DNA of 57,886 nucleotides, filler included, from Sphacelaria rigidula (Eukaryota): the NCBI GenBank assembly GCA_964200075.2. It is 7 parts of 7 records of this genome, joined end to end, with 100 filler letters (N's around TTAATTAATTAA, not from the genome) between each part and the next. Parts side by side here need not be neighbours in the genome. Positions count along the whole stretch, not along the records: positions 33,138 to 41,320 come from CAXNAA020011992.1; positions 41,421 to 49,603 come from CAXNAA020011993.1; positions 49,704 to 57,886 come from CAXNAA020011994.1; 4 more parts are not named here. The stretch is one strand, 5' to 3'. Position 1 is the stretch's first letter; each line of letters begins with the position of its first letter. The notes below the pieces were generated by a model. It ran no database searches, had not been told where the DNA came from, and worked only from the letters and a program-made list of their open reading frames with translations. The position numbers were made by a program, and so were the translations under genes. Positions 36,808 to 49,925 of the stretch are shown here, piece by piece.

Positions 36808-37274
36808 CCACTTTTATGGCAACGAATCTCGATTTGTACAAATATGGGGATTTCGGCTCGTCTACAGGCGGTTTTCTCCCGTGGATTGATTTTTCGGACC
36901 CCAGTCCGTTGGGCAATGTTTTTCGGCTAGCTGTGAGCAAACCAGATCAATTCTCCGATTTTCTGGGTGTTGACTTTTGATACATCACTTTTCTGTTGAA
37001 ATCGGGTCACTCCTGCATCTTCCCCGATTTCCCCCGATTTCTTTTTTTATATCGGGGGAGATGCGGGAGACTCCTGATTTGAGCAGAGAGGTGGTTTATC
37101 GAAAGTGAACGTCCAGAGAATCGGAGAAGTGATCTGGTTTGCTCACAGCTAGCCGAAGAACTTTGCCGAAGGGACTGGGGGGCGAAAAATCAATCCACGG
37201 GAGAAAATCGCCTGTAGAAGGGCTGAAATCCTCATATTTGTAAAACAAATCGAGATTCGTTGCCATAAAAGTGG
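36808..37274. repeat. Long foldback / MITE-like inverted repeat (~467 bp)
   Basis: CCACTTTTATGGCAACGAATCTCGATTTG ... CAAATCGAGATTCGTTGCCATAAAAGTGG. Pairing continues almost to the centre. ORFs 36792-36980(+) and 37096-37296(-) translate to near-identical peptides. Confidence 0.9.
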
Positions 37275-37373
37275 TTCTGACTGTCGGCCCAACCAACTTT
37301 AAAAAACGCGGAGAGGAAGGCTAAGACCATTCGTCACCCCCCATTGAACTTCCGCCGATCAGAGGTTGCCGCC

Positions 37374-37531
37374 GCGCCCCGGTGGTGTAATGGTCCGACT
37401 GTCGCCATTAGGGGGTGTACTCAGTTGTTGCTTGCCTTAGTCATTTGACCATTGACCACGCATCCCTTTCGAGACGGAGCAGTCGCCATTAGGGTGGAGA
37501 GAACGAGGGTTCGACTCCCGATGCGTTGGGC
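37374..37531 (+). pseudogene. tRNA-Pro(AGG)-like relic or SINE head interrupted by a 68-bp insertion
   Basis: A box TGGTGTAATGG (37383-37393), anticodon-like CCA-TTAGGG-TGG, B box GGTTCGACTCC (37508-37518). The 13-bp direct repeat GTCGCCATTAGGG occurs at 37401-37413 and 37482-37494. The acceptor stem pairs poorly. Confidence 0.5.
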
Positions 37532-40500
37532 TTTCTTCTTCGTAATGTATGATTTCCACCGTGGGCAGGGTAAGAAAGTGAGTAAACAAAGTAGTCGACT
37601 GGGTTTGTGTGACGTGAGTTGACGCGGTGCGGAATTGCTGACCCAATCCGTGCGCGCACTGTGTCAAGTTGACGGGTTTTTTTTTTATGAGTTCAACTAC
37701 AACACTGCCTCGAGGAAAGGTTTTCGAACGCTCAAGGCACCTACCCCATATGACCGCCACACTGTGGTCTAGCAGAACCTCCCGGTAGTCGGAACACGAA
37801 CCCGTTCGCGGGGAAACTATTCAAACGTCTGAAACAACTAAGGAAAGAAGACTCTCGAGTCCATTGGTCCAGAAACACAAAATATGTGACCACGGAGTCA
37901 GAAAAAGTCGAAGTGCAACATTTGCACTACTCGGCGTGCTCAGCATCCGGCGCCGTAAGGACAAAACATGGACAAGGGGGGGGGGGAGGGGGGGCAAATG
38001 ATCCGTATCATGATCCGGAACAGTACACTGAGAAGACGCAATTTTCAGACGGATCATGATCTCTTCGACGTGTGAAACTATTGGGTAAGGCTTTCTTCTT
38101 CCCTCAAGAAAAAAAACAAGAGAAAAAAACGATCTCCTTCATTCTGAGACACCACGGGCTCAGCAACCATGTCCCCAGGAAGCAGATTTCTGCACCAGTA
38201 GTGGGGATACAATGCGGGGAGGCACGAAGCGTTGAGGGGGGGGGGGGGTTTAGTGGGGGGGGTCCACACTGATGTCCGGATGCAACCTAGATGGCTCACC
38301 AACCGATAGTATCTCCCACGGACACGACATAAAACTCATCATACAGCGCAACAGCAAAATGTGGAAATAGGGACGTGCCCCAACTCTTCGGTAAAAATCC
38401 AAATCGATCACTCGACAAAATATTGGTTGACAGTAGTACCGTGCGCGGCAGGTAAGGAAGGTGTCAAAATTACATCGTTTCGAGACACTACCGCACGATC
38501 CGTTCAGGTTACTGAGATGGATGACGACTGCTGCGTTGCGTTCCTTCGTGCCATTTTATCGACGTCGGCACTCATCATCATTCGTGCACGGCTCACAGCG
38601 AAACGCTCTTCGATTTTTCAAGTCCTCCTCGCGGACCCCATCGCCCTGCAACCCACTACATACAACACACAGTACTTCCAACCCACGCCCGCCGCAAGCA
38701 CCCATCTCATCGTGTTCTTATTCTCTGCTTCAAAGATCGCGATTCATGAAATAAACGTGCCGCCGGTGTAAATATACTGTGTTGCCCTCGATTTCACGGT
38801 CGGTCATGGGAAGACGACGAAAATCGACGCGATAATTCTTCACGTACGTGAGCCTCATGAAAGTGAATGAAGGAATGCTCACGGGTTTCATTCAAAAGCA
38901 GGCCTTTTGCTCTGCTTTGCAAGCCGCTGACCTCGGTCCGCTAACACATAGTCTAGCCACACCGCAGCGTTTTTCTATACACCACCAAAGGGGAAATGCG
39001 GATACCTTGTTGGTCTCGACCTATTTCAATTATGCTATGCGTGTATGGGGACGTCACTGACCGACAAAATGTTAGTTTTTTCCTCACCGGACCAGCCTTC
39101 CAACATTGGTTTTGTGGAGGTATTGACTAAATTTATATCTATTAACTTTCCACTCCATCACCAATACAAACATCTTCACAAGAGTAGTTCGCCCCCAGCT
39201 GGAAAGTCGTCTGCGGGATCAATTTGTCAATTCCCACAGAGTTCCAGAGAAATCTCAAACTCGAAGTTCCAGATATATTTGACAGTAACTTTCTGTCAAA
39301 TACACCCGACACTCAGTCTCGTGTTTGAGATGCCTCTACAAGGGTGAGGTTTACTCAGGGGGCACATCGCACCGAGAAGCTAGCTCGCCGAGCCTCGAAG
39401 TAGTCGGTCGCTGAAATGGAGGTTTTGCACAAAAAAGTGGTGGCTTCGACCGGCACACATGGCGAAGAATTGCCATGGCTTTCCGTGCGGCAGCAGCCCC
39501 GTGTTTCTCTTGCAAATCGAAACGAAACCGGCCACCCGCATGTTGGGGCACGATGTTTGCGGGTGCATTCTTGTTGTGCCCCGTGTTGTCTCTTTGACTC
39601 AACTTCCTTGACCGCAAGGGTGGGTCATCTGGCCGTTGTTGTTGTTGTTGTTGTTGTTGTTTTCACATTGGAAAACCGTCCAGATATCTGCGCAGAACTC
39701 AGTACTAAGCATCTGATTCGGACGCATTTCGTGGTTATAGGCTAACTAACCCAAACTAGGGTAAAATAATATCATGAAATAAAACCGAACCCAGAAACAA
39801 TTCACACAGACGCGATACAAGGGAAATCATTTTTGGAAAACCCTTGAAAAGTTGGCCGTGCATATATTTGCCAAGTTAGATTTAAGCCGATTCAACATAC
39901 GACCTACTGCTCGCCATCAAAGGGTTTTTCGGCCAAAATGATGACACCCGCCCAACGTTTCTGATACTACATGCAGAAGCACAACCGAGACCGTCGATAA
40001 TACTATATGTACACCGTTCGGCATGAGAGTAGAGTGCGTGGAGAGTCAGGCAGTAGTACGCCTTGTTCCCGGTTACGATCACCTTGTGTGCGGTCGCCAC
40101 GACAGTACAACAATACGCTGCAGTGCAGTACAGCACGGGTGCAGAGAATAGCCTTGTTCGTCAATTTCATGTCCACGATTGAAATATTGGGATTTTCAGG
40201 AGATTGATAGTGGCCAGTGCTCCCAGCGTGGGCACCACGCATGTTTGCTCCAGTCGGCGCTAGAGGCGCCGACTCAACCTTTGCCAACACAAGCGTTAAC
40301 TTCGGCACTCTCTCCGCCCCCCTCACAGGGGGCAAGTGTTTTCTACGCACATTTTGGCCTCTTCGGGCCCAAAAGGGACGCGAGATCCGCCCAACGAACG
40401 AACGATTAGAAGAGATACGTATCCCATGGGCAACTTGAAATTTCGCTTGTCGTTACTGTCGTAACAGTGTGTTTTTATAGAAAAGGTCCGCACCGTACAT

Positions 40501-40891
40501 ACTGTAGACTGAAATATTCATCCTTTCACCGCCAGGGTGGATGATGATCTTGTGACTCGGTATCCTTTTCACTTGGAACATAAATCCAGGATTCAGATGG
40601 CTCATCCAAACGATCAAAAAGTCGATAACCGAAACAAAAGCACGTACCCTACCAAAGATTGGGGGGAGGGGAGGGGGAGGGGTGAAACAAGCTTGTATGA
40701 TCAGTACATCACACTACGCAAAGACGAAACAGTCAAGGAAGACCAGTTCTTGCGATGATTGTGGTATCAGTGTCGCCAGCGTTCAAATTACCCTCTTCAC
40801 GTGGATTATCTGTCATCCATGAACACTGCATCAGTAGAAATTGCCACTTGGTAGGGTGGAACTTTCGCGGAATATTCTTACTCCATTCGAG

Positions 40892-41128
40892 TGTGTGTGT
40901 GTGTGTGTGTGTGTGTGTCGTAATCCCATCTATTCTGGACGCCGGTCTCCACCTTTCGGTATGTGTGGGCGCATCAGCCGGGGGTCACACAGGAGGGAGG
41001 TCAACACAGGAGTTCTGATATATATTTCAAAACTCAACCTTCCTTTTGCGATGCTTGCCTTTATTTTCTATCGCGAGAGGGGTTCAGCACTCCCTTCCCC
41101 TCGTCGACCGTCAAGTCGAATTTTGCTT
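40892..41128 (+). repeat. Interspersed repeat family C copy preceded by (GT)n
   Basis: Three homologous copies in three different contigs of this window. Confidence 0.8.
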
Positions 41129-41989
41129 CATGCGGACGGGAATGATCATCATCAGCAGCTTTTCCTAGGGAACTTCGGGACGGGACCGAATTTCCCGTCG
41201 CTACTGTTGTCAGTCAATTCCACTGTGCCGCTATCGCACATTGTTCATCATAATCAGTTCTTGTGTTTTGATGGGGGTGTCCAAGCATAGTTGCCATATC
41301 TATGCGCTTGTGTCGGGGGGNNNNNNNNNNNNNNNNNNNNNNNNNNNNNNNNNNNNNNNNNNNNTTAATTAATTAANNNNNNNNNNNNNNNNNNNNNNNN
41401 NNNNNNNNNNNNNNNNNNNNGTGCGCGCCGGTGGGGGGGGGGCGTGGTCAGTCAAAAAACAACAAAAACAACAAAAAACTACTCCCCCCCCCCCCCCCCC
41501 CCCCCGAGATTTCGTGCTCTTTGAACAGCTTTGTGCACAATCTACTACTGATATTTTATTCCCACATGGGCAGATGGCATTGCCTTCAAAAACGGCTTTA
41601 GCAAACGCGGCGACGCGTACTTCTAGTTGGCAAAATGCATCCAAAAAACACGTTTCACAATCCCCCCCTCCTACACATGTAACAGTTGCGATCATCTGTC
41701 GAAAGTGCGTGGCATGGGACGGACGCATTGATGTTGAGATTCTTGGATACATAGTTTTAGCCCCTATCCGCTGTACCGGTATGGCCATCTGTAAAAGCGT
41801 CGGTATCGAACCTATGGGCGGGAATATACTGATGACTTTTTATACATAATGGACTTTCAAATCGTTTTACGTAGCCGTGGCCGGCGGATGCCTCTCGTGT
41901 CTGCAGATGAGTAGGTGAGCCTGGGCACCTCTGTCGGCAGACCGCCAAAAACAATCCTCACCGCCCCCCACCCTTATATATCCATTGGA

Positions 41990-42212
41990 GGCTGCCATCC
42001 ACATGCAAGATCATCAATACGCTTCGGGCCGGACAATCTAAGCAGGATGCAGCTCACCCTTCACGCGACTGGCCGAATACACCACGGCCCTTCGGGCTTG
42101 GTGATTGATTGCAAGCCTGGTCCGACGAAAACGCTGCGTGCTCCGTCCCGGCTTTGTGGGGATGCGAGGTCAATGGTCACTACGCCATGCAAGATCATGA
42201 GTGCACCCCCAC
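41990..42212. repeat. Interspersed repeat family D copy
   Basis: Homologous to 21540-21930 and, inverted, to 48525-49603. Confidence 0.75.
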
Positions 42213-42936
42213 ACTCGTGACGGTACATCATACGGTTGTACTGATCTGGTGAAGGTGCGGCGCAGATTTGTAGCATAAAAACACGCGTGCTACGCACCCT
42301 CGGCGAGCCTTGGGACTGATCCCCGTCAAGACCCTACAGCAAGATGATGGTTAAGACAAGTTTTTCAACCATGGATTTGGGAAATCGGGTCGGGCAGAAC
42401 TCTCCTGATATCCGCTATGCCGCCATGGATACCCGCTGAACGCTCTTGGTATCGAACTCATTTATGGTGACACATGGGTATTTCAGATACATGCGTTCAG
42501 CCCCCATGCCGCTGCCCTTCGACGGACTGCTGTTGGCAACTATAAAATACCCACTCAGCATTATTACATCCTCAACCACCCCCGCTGACAAATGCACTGC
42601 TTTGGATGAGATTGCTCTCGCTGAGTACCGCGGCATCAGCCGCAGGCCTGGCATGTAACGTGTATCCTAGCGGGTGGGAAGGAACAAGCTGCAATGATCA
42701 CGCGTGTGAAGGGCCCACGACCTGGACAACGCACAACATTGGCAAGAATGTACTGCGTACAGTAGTATCGAATATCTCGTGGACTGCACTCGGCAAATAG
42801 ATCGATACTGTACGCGGTACACATGCTGCTAGTGCAATCCAATATCCAGGGTGTGGAAGAGTCGCAAGGTCACTGTACACCAATATACTGTATAGATAAC
42901 GGAGATACTTGATAAGGGAACCTGGTTGACTTGCCA

Positions 42937-43033
42937 GAGTGGTGCTACGGTAGGGGTGCACAACTTTTTCTGAGGTTCGAATTGTTAGGGACCCTCTCTT
43001 TCTCACCAAAAAACGACTCATCGAATATGTGAG
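42937..43033. mobile_element. MITE family A, truncated copy (one TIR)
   Basis: GAGTGGTGCTACGGTAGGGGTGCACAAC...CTGAGGTTCGAATTGTTAGG, homologous to 5857 onward. Confidence 0.75.
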
Positions 43034-45890
43034 CTATTAGCATTTCAATGTGCTGTAGCATCGACTCTTTTTTTTCAGAGATCTCAGAAATTTGCCGAGT
43101 TTTCGGACTCTGCGTTTAGATTTCTCCGAGAGCAAAGCGGCTTGATTTTTTCTCTGGAGCTTAATTTTTGGAGAAGTCTGAACAAGTCGGACTGCAACGC
43201 AGCACTCGGAGAGCTGCCCTGGGAAAAGGTCATGGCGCTCGCGAGCATGCGAGAATTATCGGCTACCTTGCCCATCCCGACAATTTCGGGGATCTTCGAA
43301 AAACAGAGTCGATACTAATGGGCCTAAATAAGGATAATCTGAATGAACTTGGAAACGCGAATGTCCTAATCCATACTCTTGTTGTGTTGCTCGAAATTTT
43401 AGGAGCCCCTGACTGAGAAAGATTTGGACCCATATGCGCAACCCCAACCGTTGCATGACTCGCCATTCAACCCGCCTCTACGGCAAAACAAATCGTTGAT
43501 TGCATTCAGGATTGTAGACGGGGCGCCGCAATGGTGAAAGATCAACCAGTCCGTCAATTGCGGTTATAGTCCTGGAGACAGAGTCAAAGCAAGTCGTGGG
43601 TTTCACCGAGAGACCCAGGATCGCCTCAATAGAGCTGGTTTGGTAGTATTGAGGCGGTGTACGTCACTCAGAGCTCTTCATCAACATGTTGAGCTAGAGA
43701 CCGGAGGTCTTTTGACTCCATCTTCCACTAAGACTCTGCACTGTAGCTTGAGCGTACAGCAGCCAAAAACCAGGGGATATGCTGCTGGCGGTTTGGTTAG
43801 TGTTGCACATTTAACCAAGAGTTTGCTCGCTCGTGTTTTCGAGTGTCCGACTGCTGCTATATCGTTTCTACACGAACTGCATCTCGATCTCGCACCCTCT
43901 TATGAGTTTTGTGCAGCCCAGCTTGTGCACAAGGATTCGCCTCACTGCCGCCAGTTTCCACGCTTCTCCTTTACTAGCCGACCTGTGCGCTACCCACTTC
44001 CCAAATGCCACCCCGCTGTCGTTTGTCGGCGCCGGTCGTACCTCGCGAGGTGACGACAACAGCTATGCATGCGCCAGAAACGCGGCGGAACCCCTGTCGG
44101 TTCGAGAAAATAACCCTGCGGACCCCTGCAGCGGAAGATCACTGCACTGGTCCGGCACAGATCCGGTGAGGCGGGTTTACCCAGCTTCGTCGTCAAATCC
44201 TCATGGTTGACGCATTCTGGATATTAACCTATTCTTGACCCTAATCAAAACCCAAGGCATACCGAGAACCCTCAGGGAAGGGGTGTGTGTATGGTGTCCG
44301 AGGCAAAGTGTGCGTTAAGGTCATGATGCGCCGATTCGAGCAAAAAGGGGTGCTGCCACGATCGGACTGGCAGTCCCTTAAAGATCTCAATCTGATGGTT
44401 CTCAACTAAACTAGGTATCATCCAACCATCGTGATTTGACGACGAACTCGCGGAAACCCCATCATTTGTAGATCCGTTCTTCGTTCGGCGCTGGTGCCCT
44501 GCCACTGCGCCGATCACCCCTTGAGCCCCATCGGGATAATGCGCAATGCAAGCTCATTCACCCTTTGACCGCCCAAAGGTCCATCTGTAGGATTGGCATA
44601 GTTGTAACTTCGAAGTTGTCCTTCAGAATCAGGTCTCCATCTGCGTGCCCTGAAAAGGGTGGCTCATCTCCCACAGATAGGGGTACAGTAACTCACAGTG
44701 AATGAAAATATCTTCGCGATTATAGCCCAGCGTTTGAAAATCGCCACTGGGCAAAAATCAAGGACCTGCCCGAGATCAGGGAAAGAACTATCGAATGGGA
44801 CATGTCCTGTACCACTGTGCTGGAGCACAAACGCGCTCATGCTCTGCTTTGTGTGCTGTAGGTGTCGCTGCGCTGTGGCGTTTCAGACCTTTGTGGAGAC
44901 GCGTCGATCTCCGCTGGGAGTGCCTGAGTTGCTTTATATCTTGTCATTCCGTTCTTCTCCACGTATGAAAAATAATCTTATCGGGACGCAGTGCTCTCTA
45001 CACACCGTTGAAACGCTCATGGTGTGTCGGCTGTTTCGTCTCGAGTCAAAGGAATAAGGCACTCCACAAACCCATAATTTCTATGCTGTAGTTCTCGCTG
45101 TGCTGTTGGGCATCTATACACTTTACGACGATCACGGTGCGATGTGCACTGGAGAGTGCCCGAGCAGTCGTACTGCTGCATGACGTGTTTCGGGCTGCAG
45201 AGAACTGAGGTGGGATCAAGCTGCTGTCGAAACAAAGGAAGGTTGAAACAACCGTCACGTGACGGCTGTACAGCTGTCTGTTGTGTCTCCTCTGGTACTT
45301 CAATTATGGTCGGGTGCTGTGATCGGGGAGGACACGCCAGGCGGGTGCGTGCAGGTTGGGACAAACAAACTGAGCCAGCACGGAGCTGCTGTATCCTCGC
45401 TTATTGCCGGAAGCAGCTGTGTGTCTGTGCAGCAGCGGCGCAATGTGTCGGCCAATCGAAGCTGGATTTTTACTTCATTACTACTAATATATCTCTCATA
45501 TGATTGAAGAAAGGTTGCCGCATGTTGATGTATTCAAAGACTCTGATTGGTCGAGAAACTTTGCAACTCATAAATGTTGCCCCTATCTGTGGGCCCAGTT
45601 CAAAAAGGTAACGTGTAAGGGTTCAGCTGTTCACACCTATACTACGTAGTCATGACCCATTATTTGATAGTGCTGAAAATCGTGTGTCGAAATATCGAGT
45701 ATCGATCGCGATTTTCGGTACTTCTCAGTATCGGAATCGCGAGCTGGTAGGCCGATACTTTCGATACGCAAACTGGCTCTCTCAGGGGCCCCGCCTGCTG
45801 AAAAGGGGAGGGTGTAGTGCATTCACATCTTCGCCCCCCCCCTTTTCTTGCAAAAATGACCCTTCAAAAACAGCAAGACCGTCTTCAGCT

Positions 45891-46049
45891 CATTAGTTTT
45901 CGATCGAAAATGTGCGGTGGAAAACAATAATCCTGATTTGATTGGTCGTAATTTCAACCATCGTCGAAAATTTTTAAGATGGTTGAAATCACGACCTATC
46001 AGATCAGGATTTTTTTTTCCACCGCGCTTTTTCGATCGAAAAACTAATG
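45891..46049. repeat. Palindromic MITE-like hairpin (~160 bp)
   Basis: CATTAGTTTTCGATCGAAAA..GCGGTGGAAAA..ATCCTGAT ... ATCAGGAT..TTTTCCACCGC..TTTTCGATCGAAAAACTAATG. Confidence 0.8.
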
Positions 46050-46069
46050 TGCCAAGAGGCCCTGAGAAA

Positions 46070-46265
46070 GGGTTAATCCAAAACACGACTTATGAAATAT
46101 GTGAGAGTACGCCAGGATTACCATACCAATGTGCTGGCGATATCCCGAATAAATTTGCAAACGGGGATCCCCTCACCCTTATTCTTGTGCATCTAGAACC
46201 GTTACGAGCCACTCAACCAGACAAGATTCTGCGTAAAAAGTGCACCCTTACCGTAGCATTGTTAT
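46070..46265. mobile_element. MITE family A, truncated copy (one TIR)
   Basis: Internal sequence matches family A and ends GTGCACCCTTACCGTAGCATTG. Confidence 0.75.
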
Positions 46266-48164
46266 TCAGTTCGATTTCCAACACTGTTATTTGACAACCC
46301 GCGTGAACCTGCCTCTAGCAAACAACAAACAACGCGCCATTACTATTGCACAAGAAGGAACAATTGCGGGCCACATTATCAATATACATGAGATGACAGG
46401 ACACGCGAACATTGATGATAAATGGAAATTGACTTGCTGTATCCGTACCAGCGCACTCCTTTACCATGTGATTCTACAACAACAGATGATCGATAACCGC
46501 CTTATAGTGGGACACCTCACAGAAAATGGAAGAGTACGAGGGAAAAGCATCACACATCGAACCACGCGATTCATGGTGAAGTCGCCCTCGTGTTACACGA
46601 AAGAGGATACCATGGACGGGCAGTATCGAATTCAACTATGTCGACGCAAACACATCTATTTTAGCATGTGCCTCGAAAATGCCATATCCAATATCAAATA
46701 AAGTGGTTTGTCTACGGGGTGAAGATCAAATACTCACAAGAGTGGATCACTGTTGCTAAGAACATGGGATACTAATTCCGGGGAACTGAGAGCAGGGCAG
46801 ACGAGTTCGAGGAGGCGGAGCGATGTGAAGATCTACGCCGATTCCACTTCCGTCGCAATCGAGAGGCTAGTGCGGTGTGAGCCGCCAATAGGAGAGCCGC
46901 CACCGCTGGCACAGCAGCAGCAACAGCCCGCAAGGAATCTAAGATGGAAACGGCCGAGAGAACGACCGGCATTGCCCCTGACGAAGAGTGGTGGGGAGAA
47001 GGGGGAGTGTAGCAAGGTTACCCCTGTCTTGTCCTAGCGGTTGTCAATCTCTTTTCTTGGCTTGCAGCTTCGATGAATAAGTTCCCGTGCTATGTTTCCT
47101 GTAAATACATGTTACGCTTCGCTTCTGGGTTGCTTCTCTCTCGTCCCTTTCTCACCTTCTGGCACTGTTCTCCTCCTTCGATCCTTATTTGTTCCTCTCT
47201 ATCTCTCCGAAGAACTTCACCGGTGGACCACACATTCAGTGCTGACTATGGACAGCACGCCAAGCCCCGAACGGTGATCAAGCCTTCGTAAGCTTGTGTT
47301 GAGCCATTTCATCCCTAATGACTTTATCGCACAGAACCCCTGCGAATCGTACCTTCTGGATCTCCGCATCACTTTACGCCCACCTCGGCAACTCATGCTC
47401 GTAAAAGGATTCCATGCATAACAGGGGGTCACTGTGCAAAGCATCCTCGAAACCATACATATGCACATAACGCTTAACACCACGCTTGATTGAAACCCAC
47501 GCATTCCCCCTGTTGTTCTCGAAGCGAGGAATGCTCCTCGCTTCAAGCGTCCAGCGGTCAACCGAGTTCAACAAAATCCAGGCTTAGATCACCAGACTCA
47601 GCCAGCACACTATTGCCATTTATTTTCAGGACCAGATATTCTCGCAGCAAGTCCACCTGACATGAAAGCACCGCCAGGAGTGCCACAGTATTTTGCAGCT
47701 GAAATAGATTATTCTTGTATGTTTTCGTAGTCGGCGATTCTCAATAGTGGTTTCACGTGCCTTCGCTCATCCCAGAGAACGTTTGATGCCAAATTTTGGG
47801 GATCGGGAGATACTAAGCATCTGCTCCACTCTTCGAAACAAAGTCATCTCTGCACTTATCTCGAACGATTGACGGGCTGGCCGATTTTCGGGGGTCTTGC
47901 GACTACCCAGCCCCAAGTTGTAACCCTTGGATGTTTCAGCTCGATTGGAGCAAGTCCGATCGTTCTCGTGCACAACTGTGAAGGATTGTTTTTCGAAATG
48001 TTGCCTCTTCATAGCGCTAGAGCCGAAAAACTACGTTTTTTGGACCAACAATGGGCGAAAACGCCCCCTGATGAAGGAGATACTTACTCTGTATCACCCA
48101 GACAACACCAAGTGAGGGTTGTGTCCTGAGCACGACCTACTTCTTTCCTCAATTTTATACCGGT

Positions 48165-48423
48165 GAGCAATGCTACGGTAGGGGTGCACTTTTTTTCGCG
48201 AAATTTTGTCTGGTTCACGGGCTCCTAACGATTCTAGACGCACAAGAATATGGGCCAGAGCATCCCCGTTTGCAGGTTTATTCGGGATGTCCCCAGCGCA
48301 TTGGAATAATGGTAATCCTGGTGTACTCTCACATATTTTCATAAATCGTTTTGGATGAGATAAGGGGCTCCTAACAATTCTAACCTCAGAAGTTATTTCT
48401 GTACCCCTACCGTAGCATCACTC
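48165..48423. mobile_element. MITE family A, complete 259-bp copy with TSD CGGT
   Basis: GAGCAATGCTACGGTAGGGGTGCAC ... GTACCCCTACCGTAGCATCACTC, with CGGT at 48161-48164 and 48424-48427. Confidence 0.9.
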
Positions 48424-48524
48424 CGGTGCTAGGACTTTCGAGTGCAAAGGAAAAATAATAGTATACCAGAAAATTCAGGAATTAACCAACTACGAAAATT
48501 GGCCAACCTAGCTCTTCATCGCAC

Positions 48525-49603
48525 AGGGGGGTATGCTCATGACCTTGCATGCCTCTGGACAGTTATATGACCATTGGCCTCGCATCCCTAGACAGTCGGG
48601 ACGGACCACGTCGGGCTATTGCCGGACCAAGCTCGGATTCAATCACCAAGCGCGAAACGCCGTGATGTGTTCGGTGAGTCGCATGAAGGGTGAGCTGTAT
48701 CCTGTTAAGATTGTTTGCCCCGAAGCGTACTGGTTGTCTTGCATTTGGATGACAGCCTCCAGTGAGTTGCTTCATTTTCTGGTGTTGCCACGTCCACAGA
48801 CAGCCACAGCTTACACACTGCGTGATAGGTGTCTTGCCATTTAAACACCACATTTCATGACCATCTTCTTTGTGCGTAATCGAGATTCTCTCGCCCCGCA
48901 CAATATGAATTGGCTCGGCCACCATCATGGTTACCGCCAAAAAAACGCAATCACGTAAAAAAAAACGGTAACCTGGTTGTCTAGCTTACGCAGTGAGTGG
49001 CGTGTCTCACAGCGTCATTGCCAACTGACGCCGACTCCATCGCACGGGGAGAGGGGTGTACTCATGATTATGCATGCCATAGTCATCAGACCATTGACCT
49101 CGCATCCCGACAAAGTTGGGACGGAGCACCCCGGGTTTTTGCCGGACGGCAGGCTCGCATTCAATCACCAAGCGCGAAGCGCCGTGGTGTGTTCGGCGAG
49201 TCGCATGGGGGGCGAGCTGCATCCTGCTAAGATTGTTTGTCCTGAAGCGTACTGATTATCTTGCATTTGGATGACAGATTCCAATTAGTTGCTTTGTTGT
49301 CTGGTATCGACACTTCAAGAGGTAGCCACCCACTTACTGCCTCATGGGTGTCTGACCATTTGAACACCATGTAGTACGGCCATCCCCTTTGTGCGGAGTT
49401 GAGGTTCTCCCACGCCGCACAACATGATCTATCTCGACTACCATCACGGTTACCGCAAAAAAGCGCAAGCGCGCAAAAACATTCGGTAACCTGGTTGCCT
49501 AGCTCACGCAACGAGTGGCGTGTTTATAGCGTCATCTCCAACCGACGCCAACCCCATCGGGGGTCTGCCCCTACAAAGCCGGGACGGAGCACGCGGGGTT
49601 CTC
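48525..49603. repeat. Tandem array of family D (unit ~530 bp; two units plus the start of a third, running into the contig end)
   Basis: Units start near 48526 and 49053 and share TTCAATCACCAAGCGCGAA.CGCCGTG.TGTGTTCGG.GAGTCGCATG and GGTAACCTGGTTG.CTAGCT.ACGCA. Confidence 0.8.
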
Positions 49604-49925
49604 NNNNNNNNNNNNNNNNNNNNNNNNNNNNNNNNNNNNNNNNNNNNTTAATTAATTAANNNNNNNNNNNNNNNNNNNNNNNNNNNNNNNNNNNNNNNNN
49701 NNNGGTGTGTGCGGGGGGGTGGTTGTTTTGGGTGTTCATTTGGGAGAGGGGGCTGGTGCGTGGGGGGTGGGTTGTTCGTTAGGGTACTCCGGACACGGTA
49801 TGTAGTCAATACTTCGGAGCACTGTTACTTCAAATACTTAGGGGCGGGGATGGGGGTGGTATCCGGGTACAGATAATCGTACTGGGTAATGTGTGTAGCA
49901 TACTGAGTGTTCAGGCGATGGAGTA

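Noticed and set aside
42300-44690. Possibly decayed coding sequence (also ~47200-48120, faintly gag-like around 47374-47574)
   Set aside because: Frames are broken and no diagnostic motif was recognised. A translated search would be needed.
49058-49110. CTGATGA on the minus strand of family D as a hammerhead ribozyme core
   Set aside because: No downstream GAAA after a stem II, and CTGATGA is not conserved in other copies.
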